Source: the human T2T-CHM13v2.0 reference genome, Homo sapiens. From it: a DNA stretch of 64,000 nt. The stretch lies in the NCBI RefSeq assembly GCF_009914755.1, contig NC_060932.1, one strand, 5' to 3'. Positions 12,760 to 31,081 of the stretch are shown here, one piece after another. Both the position numbers and the translations under genes were made by a program. The stretch's first letter is position 1. Every line of letters starts with the position of its first letter. The notes beneath the pieces are model-generated. The model made no database searches. It saw only the letters and a list, made by a program, of their open reading frames with translations, and was not told the DNA's origin.

Positions 12760-14430
12760 CACTGGGAGGCATTTCTCTTGCTGCTATCCTTCAAGGCCAC
12801 TCCTGAATGGGGCCAAAGTCCATGTTGGGTTGCAGCTGCATAGCAAACTGACCCATCCATGAACCAAGCTCAGACATTTTCCCCACCTTCAGCTAGCCAT
12901 ACAGCATCTCCCATACAAGCCCAGGTGTGAGCTGGGAGGCACCCTGCTGTGACAGCGGGGAGGCCATGGCAGTCTGCAACGCCTGTTCATTCAGCTGGCA
13001 TGTACTCTCCAGTCCTGCTTAAGCTTAGATGACCACTTCCATCTTGCTGTGGATGGCTGCTCATCCTGCCCAGCCTACGAGTTAGTGATTCTGAGTGGAC
13101 CCAGCTCATGATGGGCAATTCCAGCCAGATGGTCACATGGTGTTACCCGGCCAGCCAGTCTATCTCCACCAAGTGGCCAGTAACAAACAGGAGTTGTTTT
13201 GAAAAGACATGTGATTCTGTTTTGTAAGTGACACAGCTTTTGGCTAAAATCCAAGGGACTGTCTGGGATCCATTTCCTGGAGCTTGCCACAAACTCGAGA
13301 TGGCATCTCTCTCCACCACTGACACCTCCAATGGCAAAGGCTCTGTTGAGTCCTGTAGCCCATGAGGTACAACTCCTTGTACCACAGGCTGGACCTGTTG
13401 CAGAGGCCCTGTGTGGTCCTGTTCCCCCTCAAAGCTGGTCGCCTGTTATGTCATCAGCCTAAGAATCAAAGCATAGAATACCATGGGTGGCATGTGCTCT
13501 CACAAAAACCTGAAAAGACCCACCAGATGCTGTGCTTTCTGATTTGTGGAGGGAGGTTCAAGATAAGGGAAGTTCCCTTTTACTTTGTAGGCAATGTCCA
13601 GGCCTACATGCATGCCTCTGGCCACTGGATCCATGAACATTCTAGGGATGGTGGCAGGACTTGAATCTTGGTACGATTTCTCTGCTAACCTGGGGAACAT
13701 GTGTCTTATCAATGCCTGCAGTGTGCCAGCACCTCTTGCTCATTTGGTCCTATCAATATAACATCACCAAGGCAATAGATCAAAGGGAAGCTCCGTGGCA
13801 CATCCAGTGAGTCCCAAGCTCTTAGATACTGTTATGAAAGGAGGCCAGAGAGCTGATATAGCCCCGGGCTCTCTGAGTGTCTATGGTTGTCCGATCGGCA
13901 CGGGTGAAACCATCTGTGATCTTCCTTCCTTATTCTAATACGACAGAACATATCTGCCAAATCAGTGGCTGCCTACCATGCCCTGAGGTTGTTTTAATCT
14001 GCTCTAGTAAAAATACCGCAGCTGGCATATAGGCTACCATCAAGGGCAACCACTTGTCTGAGCTCGCAGTTGTCTAGAGTTGTTCTCTTGGATCCATCTG
14101 ATATCTGCAGGGGCCACACCCATGAACTGAATGGGAATACAATGAAGGTTACCAACCCTACCTGCAACCTTAGATTCTTAAGAAGGGCTCTTTTTTTTTC
14201 CCCACCTCCCTCAATTGGGGATTGTTTTTATTTGCCATTTACTATATTGACCGGTTGGGGGAGGGCACAGCTTTAGAAGTTCCCTCTTAGTCTTCCCCAC
14301 TGTGATAGCTTTCATTCCACAGGCCCAGTGTGGAGCACGACATAACTAACTACCTACTTTCTAGTCTCTTAGAACATGTGTTTCCAACCTTTCTCTAGAT
14401 CGATAACTGTTACGTGGATTTGGTATTTGC
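12760..14430 (-). pseudogene. ERVL pol remnant (RT, connection, RNase H), multiply disrupted
   Basis: - strand peptides: AWFMDGS (RNase H, ~12855), LEVSVVERDAISSLWQAP..FSKQLL (13143-13385), PPSTNQKAQHLVGLF (13500-13712), LIYCLGDVILIGPNEQEV (YIDD motif decayed to CLGD, 13763-13774), ACGMKAITVGK (~14300). Confidence 0.8.
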
Positions 14431-14650
14431 CCCATCTGTAGCTATAATATTTCAGGAAGGGTGTGTATGAATTAAACTCATGTCTTTGGTATCGAGATGT
14501 AAAGAGCACCCAGGGCTCACAGGAAGGTACTGATGTCACCAGGGGACCAAATGCTCACAGGAGAGCCAGGACCATCCTCAGAGGACCACATCTCCACTGT
14601 GGCTGCTTTGAGGCTCTCACTCCTGCCCCATTGCGCTCACTCCTCTTTTC

Positions 14651-14981
<331 letters not shown>

Positions 14982-15292
14982 TTATGCAGATAGAATAATG
15001 AACTTGGAGCATCTATAAAAGTGGGGAAATTGGGAAGATGAAATTTTAACCAAAATAAACTGCTCCAAATTACTCTTTTACAATGGACCTGAGAGGTCAC
15101 ATTGCATCACCAACAAAAGACTCAGCAGAGGCAACCAACACAGAAGATCACAAAGGACCGTGGAGGTCACATTTATTTCCTTTGGTCTTCCCGATGAATC
15201 CTGGGGTCCTGAGCTGAAATTCTAGATGGAGGAGAGAGGAATAGGTAACAGTAAAGTCTCTTAATAGTAAAAGCTGCTTGAAAATACCAAGT

Positions 15293-15910
15293 GATCTGCT
15301 GTTAGTCTGATGGGCTTCCCATTGTGGTTAACCCAACTTTTCTCTCTGGCTGCCCTTAACATTTTTCCCTTCATTTCAACTTTGGTGAATCTGACAATTC
15401 AGTGTCTTGGAACTGCTCTTCTCGAGGAGTATCTCTGTGGCATTCTCTGTATTTCCTGAATTTGAATGTTGGCCTGCCTGGCTAGGTTGGGGAAGTTCTC
15501 CTGGATAATATCCTATAGAGTGTTTTCCAACTTGGTTCCATTCTCCCCGTCACTTTCAGGTACAACAATCAGACATAGATTTGGTCTTTTCACATAGTCC
15601 CTTATTTCTTGGAGGCTTTGTTCATTTCTTTTTACTCTTTTTTCTCTAAACTTCTCTTCTCACTTCATTTCATTCATTTGATCTTCAGTCACGGATACCC
15701 TTCCTTCCACTTGATTGAATAGGCTACTGAAGCTTGTGCATGCATCACGTAGTTCTCGTGCCATGGTTTTCAGCTCCATCAAGTCATTTAAGGTCTTCTC
15801 TATGCTGTTAATCTAGTTAGCCATTCGTCTAACCTTTTTTCAAGGGTTTTAGCTTCTTTGCGATGGATTCGAACATCCTCCTTTAGCTCGGAGAAGTTTG
15901 TTATTACCGA
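15293..15910 (-). mobile_element. Inverted 5' segment (ORF1 part) of a twin-primed L1PA
   Basis: Antisense ORF1 sequence gatctgctgttagtctgatgggcttccc ... ctttagctcggagaagtttgttattaccga. Confidence 0.9.
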
Positions 15911-15913
15911 TTG

Positions 15914-19518
<3,605 letters not shown>

Positions 19519-19534
19519 GAAAATGATGAAGTGA

Positions 19535-19735
19535 ATCAGCACCTGCTCACCTCTTTATCATTGTAGCTAGATTGATGTGAGGTTGACAGGGAAGAACTGG
19601 TGATCCCATTTTACAAAGAATGGAAAAGAGGATCTGGGAGATGTAGTGAGTTTTCCAAGGCCATGTGGTCAGTGAGAGACAGTGCTAGCCGATTCCTCAG
19701 GAACCCAGGCTCGTTCAGTGCTTGTGTGACCACCA
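19535..19735 (-). mobile_element. MIR SINE (target of the L1PA insertion; its tail lies at ~15260-15292)
   Basis: atcccattttacaaagaatggaaa..ccaaggcca..ggtcagtgag. Confidence 0.6.
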
Positions 19736-20888
19736 TAACATATCACAGGCAGCTTAGAGCCAGAACTGGGACCAGAAGCCTGTCCACCTTGGCATTATTC
19801 TTCTCCCTGCTGTGTGGGAGTAGTGAGGGTATGTACTCTGTGCCTTCCTTGGCAGAATCCTCACGCTTATCAGTGTCACTGAGGAGGAAAGTGACAGCCA
19901 GCGCCAGCTCCCTTTGGCTTCAGAGAGCACGATCCAGTCATCTCAAAGAAAAGCAGTGGGGGAGGCAATCTGTGGCAGACACTGTGTTATTACCTTCCAG
20001 GATATGCAGTGGGACTCAGGAGGGAGCCTGCTGAAGAGGATGGAGCCCAGGAAAGTGTTGGGACACAGCTCTGGGGCACGTGATGGAGGGATGGGCCAGC
20101 AGGCTGACCCAGCCACTGGGACACTAAGCCTGCCCCTGGATGCCAGTCTGGCAAGGATGGAAGTGGAAGAAATGGCAGGTCTAGAGAATGGCTCAGACCC
20201 AGAGAGAGAAGTGGTGGGGCCAAGTCCTCACGACTTGGTAGCCATCAGGGTGAAATTAGAAACTCATCTCCAGATTGCAAAGCTCAGGCTTTGCTATACA
20301 GCCAGCACTGCTCATGGAGCCTCACCGCAATACTCAGCTGTCCTTCCTTTCCACATCCATCCTCCCCACACACGTACCCTGGGCTGGGTAGGACTATAGG
20401 CACCATGCGGGCCCCATCCTCCCTCCCCACAAGCTCCGACCCTGTACCCCCACCTCTGGTAGGTTCTCAACAGCTATCTCAGTCACTGCCACCCAGGCTG
20501 GGGCACAAGCTATCCTCCAGCACCTCTGCTATTCTCTAGCCCATCCGGCATTAAGCCCTGGTAGCCTGCAGAGCTATGAGTTCATTCTCTGCCCATCACC
20601 CCTGTCACCTCGGCCGGCTTCACCAGATGTTTCCCTGGCTGGCCTCCTGCTCCTTCCTCACCCTCCTTTCAGCTCGCCAGCACCACTCTTTCATCCAAGC
20701 ACTTGCTTGATCATTTAACCAATATGGGTTGAAGCCCTGCTATGTGCTGGGCACTTTTCTAGACACAGCTGTGAATAAAATGAATAAACCTTGTCCTCAT
20801 GAATCTTATATCCCAGAGGTGAGAATGCAGACAATAAGCAAATCAATAAGCAAATGTGGTGTGTTGGGATGATAAAAATGTACACAGC

Positions 20889-20891
<3 letters not shown>

Positions 20892-20941
<50 letters not shown>
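20892..20941 (+). repeat. (AC)25 microsatellite
   Basis: Perfect 50-bp dinucleotide run. Confidence 0.97.
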
Positions 20942-20943
<2 letters not shown>

Positions 20944-21019
20944 AAGAGCGATAGGGAACCTGGGGTGAAAGGTTGGTGTTTTAAACATTTTGGTTAAGAA
21001 AAACCTTATGGAATGGGGA

Positions 21020-21695
21020 TTTTTTTTAAGTGGCTAAAATTTATCTTTTTAAAAATTTTATTTTATTTTATTTTAAGCTCTGGGATACATGTGCAGGACG
21101 TGCAGGTTTGTTACATAGGTAAACATGTGCCATTGTGGTTTGCTGCACCTATCAAACCATCACCTGGGTGTTAAGCTCTGCATGCATTAGCTATTTATCC
21201 TGATGCTCTCCCTCCCGCCACCCCGCCACCAGGCCTGACCCAGTGTGTGTTGTTCTTCTCCCTGTGTCCATGCTTTCTCATTGTTCAGCTCACACTTGTA
21301 AGTGAAAACATGCGGTGATTGGTTTTCTGTTCCTGTGTTACTTTGCAGAGGATAATGGCCTCCAGCTCCATCCATGTCCCTGGAAAGGACATGATCTCAT
21401 TTTTTTTATGGCTGCATAGTATTCCTTGGTGTATATGTATCATATCTTCTTTATCCAGTTTATCATTGGTGGGCATTTGGGCTGATTCCAGGTCTTTGCT
21501 ATTGTGAATAGCGCTGCAATGAATATACACGTGCATGTGCCTTTGTAATAGAATGATTTATATTTCTTTGGGTATATACCCAGTAATGGGATTGCTGGGT
21601 CAAATGGTATTTCCGGTTCTAGGTCTGTGAGGAGTCACCACACCATCTTCCACAATGCTTGAACTAAATTTACATTCCCACCAACAGTGTAAAAG
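21020..21695 (-). mobile_element. 5'-truncated L1PA (PA8-PA11-like) 3' end
   Basis: T-rich tail, ctgggatacatgtgcaggacgtgcaggtttgttacataggt..; ends at ccaccaacagtgtaaaag. Confidence 0.9.
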
Positions 21696-22549
21696 TAAGG
21701 AACGGGACATTTGAGCAGGCTCTGAAGGAGGCCAGGGAGGGGTCCTGTAGTTATCTGGAGGAGAACATTCTAGGCAGAGGAAAGAGAAAGTGCAATGACC
21801 CTAAAGTAGGAATCACTAGGTGTGTCCAAGGCATCAAGGAGGCCATGGGCTGCAGTGAGAGGGACCCATGGAGAGACTGGCAGGGGAGGAGGTCAGAGGG
21901 GAAATGGGGCTGGCTCTGGAGGCCAGGGCAGGCCAAGGCAGGGAATTTGACATCAGTATTTGGAGCTCAGGAGTTGCACCATCTGACTTGCACTTTGAAA
22001 GGATTCTTTTGGCTACTGCTCAGGTAACAGACCTCAAGAGACAGAGAAAGGACACTGATCCACTCTTCTCGGCAACAATCAACTGACAGAAGAGGGTGGG
22101 TGAGAGGGTGCTGGCAGTGGAGATGTTGGGATGGGGTCAGGTTCTGCCTATGTTGTGAAGGTAGTGCTGGGAGAATTTGCTACACTTTGGGTGTGAGTGG
22201 AAGAGAAGGGGCAAGGTTTTTGGCCTACAATCTTAGAGGACTGGAAGGACCATTTACAGAGATGGAGAAAAGATTAAAAGAAGCAGGTTTTGCAAGGAAA
22301 AGATGAGGTGTTTAGTTTTGATACCATCCAAATTATCAAGCATTTGCTGTTACAGAGCATTTTTAATATACATTCTTTGATTGGATTTCATCCTTATAAC
22401 AAACCTGTAAAGTAAGCAGGAGCACGCACGTGCACGCATGCACACCGCACCCCGCCCCCAACAAGTTTCCAAATATATCAGGATACTTTTCAGAAAGGGG
22501 ACAGATACATTCCAGAGAGGGCAGTTGCCACAGCAATTACTTTTATCTT

Positions 22550-22870
22550 GTCATCTTCTTTATTCCAAAATTATAGAAGGTTATTTCTCTCTTGTATAAC
22601 AGGGTAAAGCTAAGTGTTTCTGGGAAATCTATTGTCCTCTGTCTCTGGTTCTAAAACAGTGGTTCCAGTCATACCTGGAATGGAGAAAGAGGATGAGAGG
22701 GCATGCCCCTCGTCTTTGAGAAGCACAAGCTGCATGGTGCACACAGTGCCTCTGCTTACATCCTGTTGGACAAACATGAATCACATAGCCTTCCCCAGCT
22801 ACAACAGAGACGAGGAAGCAGAATGTTTGCAACTGGGTGGCCATGTTTCCAGCTATAGTTTGGAGAGGTC
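22550..22870 (-). mobile_element. Old MaLR LTR (MLT1I/J-like)
   Basis: ctctgcttacatcctgttgg..tcacatagcc..agctacaa..ctgggtggccatgtttccagcta. Confidence 0.55.
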
Positions 22871-23318
22871 TACCCCTGAAAAAAAATGTGAATTCATAAA
22901 AGAACCATGCCACACTTATCCTCCCCCAATCCCATTTAACAGAGAATCTGACCTCAGCAAGATGACAATTTTCTCAAATCACCAATCTGACTGTTAATGT
23001 CCTAAAGTGTAATATATTCCGTCACTGATTTTCTGTCTCCAACAAAGGGTCAGTAAAAGAATGATTCCACTGTATAACATCCTAGAGACCTTCCCGAAGT
23101 CTTCTTTACCCAACATCTCTCTCCCCCAAATCTCAACCTCAGCTTAGCTTATAAATGTCATTTTAGCTTCTGTTGACCTTTCCATTCCTATCTCAAGCCA
23201 ATCACCAATTAGCAAACTAAAGTCCAGACAAGCAATACAAACATTTTCTAGATCATCAGGAAGGAGAATGGAAGGGGAAAAGGTATGAATAATAATAATG
23301 TAATGTTTTGACACATAT

Positions 23319-23368
23319 ATGTGTGTGTGTGTGTGTGTTTGTGTGTGTGCATATGTGTGTATGTGTGT
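23319..23368 (+). repeat. Imperfect (TG)n microsatellite
   Basis: Read directly from sequence. Confidence 0.85.
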
Positions 23369-23827
23369 AACATCTGAGTGGTCTCCCTCATAAAATCTCC
23401 TCAAATCACCTAATGTCCATGCAGTTAGAGGCTGAGGTTTCTTTCCTCTGTCCAAGACCTATGCATAGATTTTCTTTTATTATTATTATTATTTATTTGT
23501 CAACCAGGAAAGCAGGGACACATTATGGAGCCCAGAACCTCAGAGCCTTCCTCTGTCTCCTTGCTCCAGCTTTTATGCATACTCTCGGGAAAAATATACA
23601 CATTTCTCCCTTTTGTTTTGCAGCAAAATTCCATTCCAACTAGAAGGAAGCAAATCTATCTGAAGGGATGAGTTATGGTTTGCCAGGCAGGCAGGTAGAT
23701 GGCATTTCAGCATTTCAGTTGGGGCAATGGATAGGCCTCTGAGGTCTTCCCCTATGTTAGCTCCCCTGATGTTTGAATTTCATGTATAATTGTTCTGGCC
23801 CATTGAACACCTTCTCTCTCTCCTTAC

Positions 23828-23906
23828 CTCCATAACAATTCACACAAAAAGTAGTGAAAACTGGAGATACCCAGTTGCCTGTTCATTCGTGGTTCATCTT
23901 GGATCT
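23828..23906 (-). other. Candidate 79-nt exon
   Basis: - strand ctgctttccctcctgtag|AGATCC ... ATGGAG|gtaagg; splice motifs only. Confidence 0.3.
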
Positions 23907-24308
23907 CTACAGGAGGGAAAGCAGCTATTGGCTGATTGTGTTCAGAGTGTGACAAGAGAATGACCCACAAACTAGCCAGAGCCTCTGCAAGGAGGCCGGG
24001 TTGAGAAACCCACTGGTGCCACTTGAGGCACCACATTGCAGAAATCAGCCACAAAGTGCCTGGAGAGCTTGGGTTGGGGGGAGTGGGGCAACCCAGAGGA
24101 TGTGGGTGGGCAGCCAGGGGCAGAGGCATTCAAAGGTTTCAGCTCTCTTTCTGGCTCTGCCACATCATGCCCTGTGCCCATTCTAGCTCTTCTGGGAGCC
24201 TGTGCCTTCCCTGCTTCTCTGTTCCTCCCTTTGTATAATAGGAGCTTCTCCTGTTTCCACAAACAAATTAATGACAATGACCCCCCATTCCCAGGCTGGC
24301 CAAAGGAA

Positions 24309-24430
24309 GGCTGGCTACATAATTTGTGCGGTATGGTGTAACATGAAAATGCAGGTCCCTTTATTCAAATATTATTAATTATTCCAAGACAGCTTCAGCA
24401 GTGTGGTGAATGAAGCACAGAAGCTCCCTG
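24309..24430 (+). mobile_element. MER45A-like hAT-Tip100 relic
   Basis: ggctggctacataatttgtg..atgaaaatgcaggtccctttattcaaa..ttccaagacagc. Confidence 0.7.
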
Positions 24431-24664
24431 GGTGAAGGTGTACTCACCTCACCCTGAGTTTTGGTGAGGACAAAGCACATCCAAGCCATAGCAAGGGCTT
24501 TCACAAATGTCTGTTGCACCAAGCTGACCCTACAGTTCTTCATCCATGTCACATCTGCCTTAGAGAGTTCTCACATAGATTCCACACAACAATAGAAGAG
24601 AAAGGGCTGAGCACAATGCCTGGTGCAAAGTTGCTGTTTAATAAATGGCAGCTGCCTTTGGAAT

Positions 24665-24910
24665 AGAGTAAGAATAATAGCAGCTACGTCTTGTTTAGTG
24701 CTTACAATGTGCTGGGGATTAGTTGAAGCACTTTTCATGCATAGTAACTCATTTCAGCCTCAAATGCGTCTTATGTGGCTGGTACTATCATCATTTTCAC
24801 TTTACAAAACTGTGCCTGTGTACGCATTCAGTAAGTGGTGGCACTAAAATTAAAATGAGGGCAGTTGGGTTGGAGTCTGTGCTCTTAGCTCCTAAGCTTG
24901 CTGCCTTCCT
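24665..24910 (-). mobile_element. MIR SINE
   Basis: aataatagcagctac..tttagtgcttacaatgtgctggg..taactcattt..ttttcactttaca..agtctgtgctctta. Confidence 0.7.
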
Positions 24911-27138
24911 CGCAACACAATATGAACCAGGGCCTTTAAGTGATCTCTGATGGGGCAAGGTACCTGCAGATGTTCAAAGCTGCATTTCTTTACTTTCTAG
25001 TGATACCATTTAATGATTTATTTCACTTTTTAACTTAAAATTAAAAAGAATTTTAATTGTGGTAAAATACACATAACATAAAATTTAGCATCTTAACTAT
25101 TTTTAAGTGAACTGTTCAGTCATGCTAAGTACATTCACATTGTGTGCAACCAACGTCCAGAACCCTTTTATTTGCAAAACAAAATTCTATTTCCTTTAAC
25201 CAACTTCTCATGTTTTCCTCTCCCTAGCTCCTGGCAACCGTAATTCTACTTTGTGATTCTGTGAATTTGACTACCCTAGATTGCTCTTGGAATCACACAG
25301 TGTTTTTCTTTTCATAACTGTCTTATTATACTTAGCATAATGTCCTCAAGGTTCATTCATGTTGTAACAGAATTTCCTTTTTTTAAAGACTGTATAATAT
25401 CTTATTGTATGCATATATTATTTTTTCTTTATCTATTTATCCATTGGTTAGCAAGTGGGTTGCTTCCCACCTCTTGGTTGTTGTGAATAATGCTGCTATA
25501 TACATGGTATATGAATAATTTTTCAAGGCCCTGCTTTCTTCCTTGGCTATTATTTCAGAAACAGAATTGCTGGATCATATGGCAACTCTACTTTTAATTT
25601 TTTAAGGAATCACCATGCTGTTTTTCACAGTGGCTGTACCATTTTGCATGTCTACTAACAGTATACAAGGACTCTGATTACTCCATATCTTTGCCAACAT
25701 TTATTTTCTCTTTTTAATAGTATCCATTTTAATGGATTTGAGATAATATCTCATTATGGTTTTGATTTATGTTTTCCTAATTATTAATGATGCTGAGCAA
25801 ATTTTCATTTGTTTGTTGGTCATTCGTATGTTTTCTTTGGGAAATGTCTATTCAGATTCTTTGCCCATTTTTTAAATTGGGTTATTTGGTTTTTGTTGTT
25901 GTTGTTAAGTTGTAGTTCTTTATGTGTTCTGGATATTAACCACTTATCAGATGTTACATTATTTGCAAATATTTTCCCTATTTCATGGGTTGCATTTCAC
26001 TCTGTTAATTATGTCTTTTGATGCACAGAAGTGTTAAATTTGGATGTAGACAAATTTGTCTATTTTTACTTGTGCTTTCTCTGCCTTTCACATCATATTC
26101 AAGAAATCCTTGCCAACTCCATAATCATGAAGCTTTCCCCTATGTTTTCTTCTAAGAGTTTTATAGTTTTAGGTCTTATGTTTAAACCTGTAATCCATTT
26201 TCAGTTAATTTTTGTGTATGGCATATGGTAAGGGTACAATTCGATTCTTTTGCATGTGGATATCCAGCATTCCCAACACTAACTCCGTCCTTTTCCCATT
26301 GAATAGGCTAGGCGCCCTTGTCAAAAATCATTTGACCATATATCATTTGGTTTATTTCTGGGCTCTCTGTTCTGTTCCATTTTTCTATAGGTCTGGCTTT
26401 ATGCCAGTAACACACTGTTTTGATTACTGTCATTTTGTAATTAGTTTTGAAATCAGGAAGTGTGAGAATTCCAACTTTTTTTTTTAAGATTGTTTTGGCT
26501 ATTTGGTGTTCCTTGAGATTCCATATTAATTTTAGGATGGATTTTTTATTTCAGCAAAAATTTCCATTGAGATTTTGATAGAGATTGCATTGAATCTGTT
26601 TATTACTTCGGGTAATATTGTAATTGTAGCAATATTGTCTTTCAATTCATGGACATAGAATGGCTTTCCATTTATTTATATCTTCTTTAATTTTCTTCAG
26701 CAATATTTTGCAGGTTTTAGAGTATAAGTCTTTTTCCTTCTTGGTTAAGTTTGCTCCCAAATATCGTATTCTTTCTGATGCTCTTGTAAATAGATTTATT
26801 TTCTTAATTTTCTTTTAGATTGTTTATCATTACTACACAAAATGCAACTGATTTTTCCATGTTGATTTTGTATCCTGCAACTTTGCTGAATTTGCTTATT
26901 AGTTCTGAAATAATTTTTATATAATATTTTGGATTTTTATATATAAGATTATGTAATCTTCAAATGAGGGTAATTTTACTTTTTTCTTTCCAATTTAGGT
27001 GGCTTTTCATTTTCTTGCCTAATTGTTCTGGCTGAGATTTCCAGTACTATATTTGAATGGAAGCAGGAAAACTGGGCATCTTTGTCCTATTTCTAATCTC
27101 AGAGGAAAAGTCTTTAGCCTTTTGCTATAGAGTATGAT

Positions 27139-28715
27139 ATTATTTTGATTGGTAGGCTATTAATTACTGCCTCAGTTTCAGAACTTGTTATTGGCCTATT
27201 CAGGGATTCAACTTCTTCCTGGTTTAGCCTTGGGAGGATGTATGTGTCCAGGAATTTATCCATTTTTTCTAGATTTTCTGGTTTATTTGCATAGAGGTGT
27301 TTATAGTATTCTCTGATGGTAGTTTGTATTTCTGTGGGATCAGTGGTGATATCCCCTTTATCATTTTTTATTGTGTCTATTTGATTCTTCTCTCTTTTAT
27401 TAGTCTGCCTAGCAGTCTATGTATTTTGTTGATCTTTTCAAACCAGCTCCTGGATTCATGGATTTTTTTGAAGGGTTTTTCATGTCTCTATCTCCTTTAA
27501 TTCTGCTCTTATCTTAGTTATTTCTTGTCTTCTGCTAGCTTTTGAACTCATTTGCTCTTGCTTCTCTAGTTCTTTTAATTGTGATGTTAGGGTGTCAATT
27601 TTAGTTCTTCCCTGCTTTCTCCTGTGGGCATTTAGTGCTATAAATTTCCCTCTACACACTGCTTTAAATGTGTCCCAGAGATTCTGGTACGTTGTGTCTT
27701 TGTTCTCATCGGTTTCAAACAACTTATTTATTTCTGCCTTAACGTCGTTATTTACCCAGTAGTCTTTCAGGAGCAGGTTGTTCAGTTTCCATGTAGTTCT
27801 GCGGTTTTGAGTGAGTTTCTTAATCCTGAGTTCTAATTTGATTGCACTGTGGTCTGAGAGACTGTTTGTTGTGATTTCCATTCTTTTGCATTTGCTGAGG
27901 AGTGTTTTACTTCCAATTATGTGGTCAATTTTAGAATAAGTGCAATGTGGTGCTGAGAAGAATGTATATTCTTTTGATTTGGGGTGGAGAGTTCTGTAGA
28001 TGTCTATTAGGTCTGCTTGGACCAGAGCCGAGTTCAAGTCCTGAATATCCTTGTTAATTTTCTTTCCCATTGATCTGTCTAATATCAACAGTGGGGTGTT
28101 AAAGACTTCCACTATTATTGTGCAGGAGTCTAAGTCTCTTTGTAGATCTCTAAGAACTTGCTTTATGAATCTGGGTACTCTTGTATTGGGTGCATATATA
28201 TTTAGGATAGTTAGCTCTTCTTGTTGCATTGATCCCTTTACCATTATGTAATGCCCTTCTTTGTCTTTTTTGATCTTTGTTGGTTTAAAGTCTGTTTTAT
28301 CAGAGACTAGGATTGCAACCCCTGTTTTGTTTAGTTTTGTTTTGCTTTCCATTTGCTTTATAAATATTCCTCCATCCCTTTATTTTGAGCCTATATGTGT
28401 CTTTGCATGTGAGATGGGTCTCCTGAATACAGCACACTGATGGATGTTAACTCTTTATCCAGTTTGCAAGTCTGTGTCTTTTAATTGGGGCATTTAGCCC
28501 ATTTACATTTAAGGTTAATATTGTTATGTGTGAATTTGATCCTGTCATTATGATGCTAGCGGGTTATTTTGTCCATTAGTTGATGCAGTTTCTTCATAGT
28601 GTTGATGGTCTTTACAATTAGGTATGTTTTTGCAGTTGCTGGTACTGGTTATTCCTTTCAAGGTTTAGTGCTTCCTTTAGGGGCTCTTGTAAGGCAGGCC
28701 TGGTAACGACAAAAT
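27139..28715 (-). mobile_element. Internal L1PA fragment (end of ORF1 to ORF2 EN/linker) with no 3' UTR or poly(A)
   Basis: ORF 27480-28352 encodes L1 EN ([22 protein letters not shown]); the ends map to ORF2 NSLP and ORF1 FVVTRPAL. Confidence 0.9.
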
Positions 28716-28733
28716 GTTAATGATAAGCTTTTC

Positions 28734-29036
<303 letters not shown>

Positions 29037-30039
29037 ATATAAGCTTTTCATAGATGGCCTATGTTATGCTTAGGCAATTTCCTTCTATTTACTAGTGTGT
29101 TGAGTGTTTTTATCATGAAATGGTTTTGTATTCTGCTAAGTGCTTTTTTTGCAACATTTGGGATGGTCACCTGTTTTTTCCATCATCCTGTTAATGTGGT
29201 ATGGTATATTGCATTGACTGATTTTCATATGTTGAACTATCCTTGCATTTCAGGTATAAATCCTTTTAACAGTAGAATCATTTTAATAGTGATATTATTT
29301 TTGTTAAGTGTACATGGTGCACTGTTATTAATAATATCAACAACTTATGAAGATTATTTCCACTATTTCAAGTGGCATTATTATTAATAATAATTCATGG
29401 TATATGTACAGTACCTGATAGCAATCAACACTGAACTTTTGCAAATCAATGCTGATACTCCTAGTTATCCTATAGGTAAAAGAAGGTAGTTTTAATCTCC
29501 GTTTCATAGATCACAAAACTGTGAAAACAGAAAGGTAAAGTCATTTTCTCTAGGTCACCAGTAAGAATAGTCAAATAGCTGCTATATGAATATAAATTAT
29601 TGATTAGGCCTGTTCTGTGTGGCCCTGATGAAGGTAAGTAGGAATTCTTTGGTAAATGGCATGTGAAGATGGGCTTTAGTCAGCAAAATTACAGCACTCT
29701 GATTCTCAGAACTGCTTAAAGTGAGAACGGGATGCAGTAGGCAGTGTGGTCTTCATTTTAGGGGATTTACTTGCAAAGGTGAGAAGGTCTTCACCAAGAA
29801 AGATGCTGTTGAGGAAATGGCTGAAACAACAGATGAAGATGAGAAAAGAATGGATATTGTTTAATACATCTCCAGGTCTTTATTATTTTTGTAGCTCTTT
29901 TCAGCACTAAGCACTAAAGGTAAACAAATTTGGAATTACCACAATGTTCCAAACCTGTACCTATATTCTAAGAAATATGATTTAAGAAGAGAAAGATCTA
30001 GAATCTAAAGACAATTCCTCCACTCTGGGTATTCTTGAA

Positions 30040-30516
<477 letters not shown>

Positions 30517-30677
30517 TTAAGGAAAGAATTATTGTAGAGATCGTTAATTCTACTTGTCTCTTTTGATAAAAGGAATCAATGACCAGCAAGATTCAGAAAT
30601 TTGCCAAAAGTTAATTTGGTGAGGTTGTGTTCCTTCCCTTCCTTCCTGATCATAACTGTTATAGACCTGTTACCAGC

Positions 30678-31081
30678 TGTTATGGACCAAGTCCTTGTGT
30701 TGCCCTAAAATTCACATGTTAAAACCCTACCCCTTAATCTGATGGTATTAGGAGAAGGGGTCTCTGGGAGGGAATTAGAACTAGATGAGGTTGTTAGGCA
30801 GAGCCCTCAAATAGAATTAGTGTCCTTCTAAAAGTTTCAAGAGAGCTTGTTTCTCTTTCCAGAAGAGAGAGCTTGCTTCTCTTTGTGTAAGGACACAAGA
30901 ATAAGACAGCCATCTATAAAACAGACCCTCAGCAGACACCAAATCTGCTGGTGCCTTGATGTTGGACTTCCCAGCCTCCAGACTGTGAGAAATAAATGCT
31001 TGTTGTTTATATCACCTAGTTTATGATATTTCAAGATTCAAGGTACCTTGTGTGTGCCTTTTAACAGCCCAAGCTAAGACA
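30678..31081 (+). mobile_element. MLT1A-like MaLR solo LTR
   Basis: tgttatggac..aaaattcacatgttaaa..ccagcctccagactgtgagaaataaat..ctaagaca; 5-bp TSD ccagc/ccagt. Confidence 0.88.

Larger units (their letters stand above)
20690..22330 (-). mobile_element. L2 LINE interrupted by (AC)25 and an L1PA fragment
   Basis: ctgctatgtgctgggcact..ttgtcctcatgaatcttata; resumes as gacatttgagcaggctctgaagg..ttctaggcagaggaaa..tctgacttgcactttgaaagga. Confidence 0.8.

Noticed and set aside
19600-20539. Overlapping 144-161 aa ORFs in GC-richer unique sequence
   Set aside because: No recognisable domain or convincing exon boundaries; partly MIR-derived; lengths are compatible with chance.
27480-28352. 290-aa endonuclease-like ORF
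   Set aside because: It is the LINE-1 ORF2 APE domain lacking its N-terminus and with an altered GDFN motif (EVFN); a decayed repeat.
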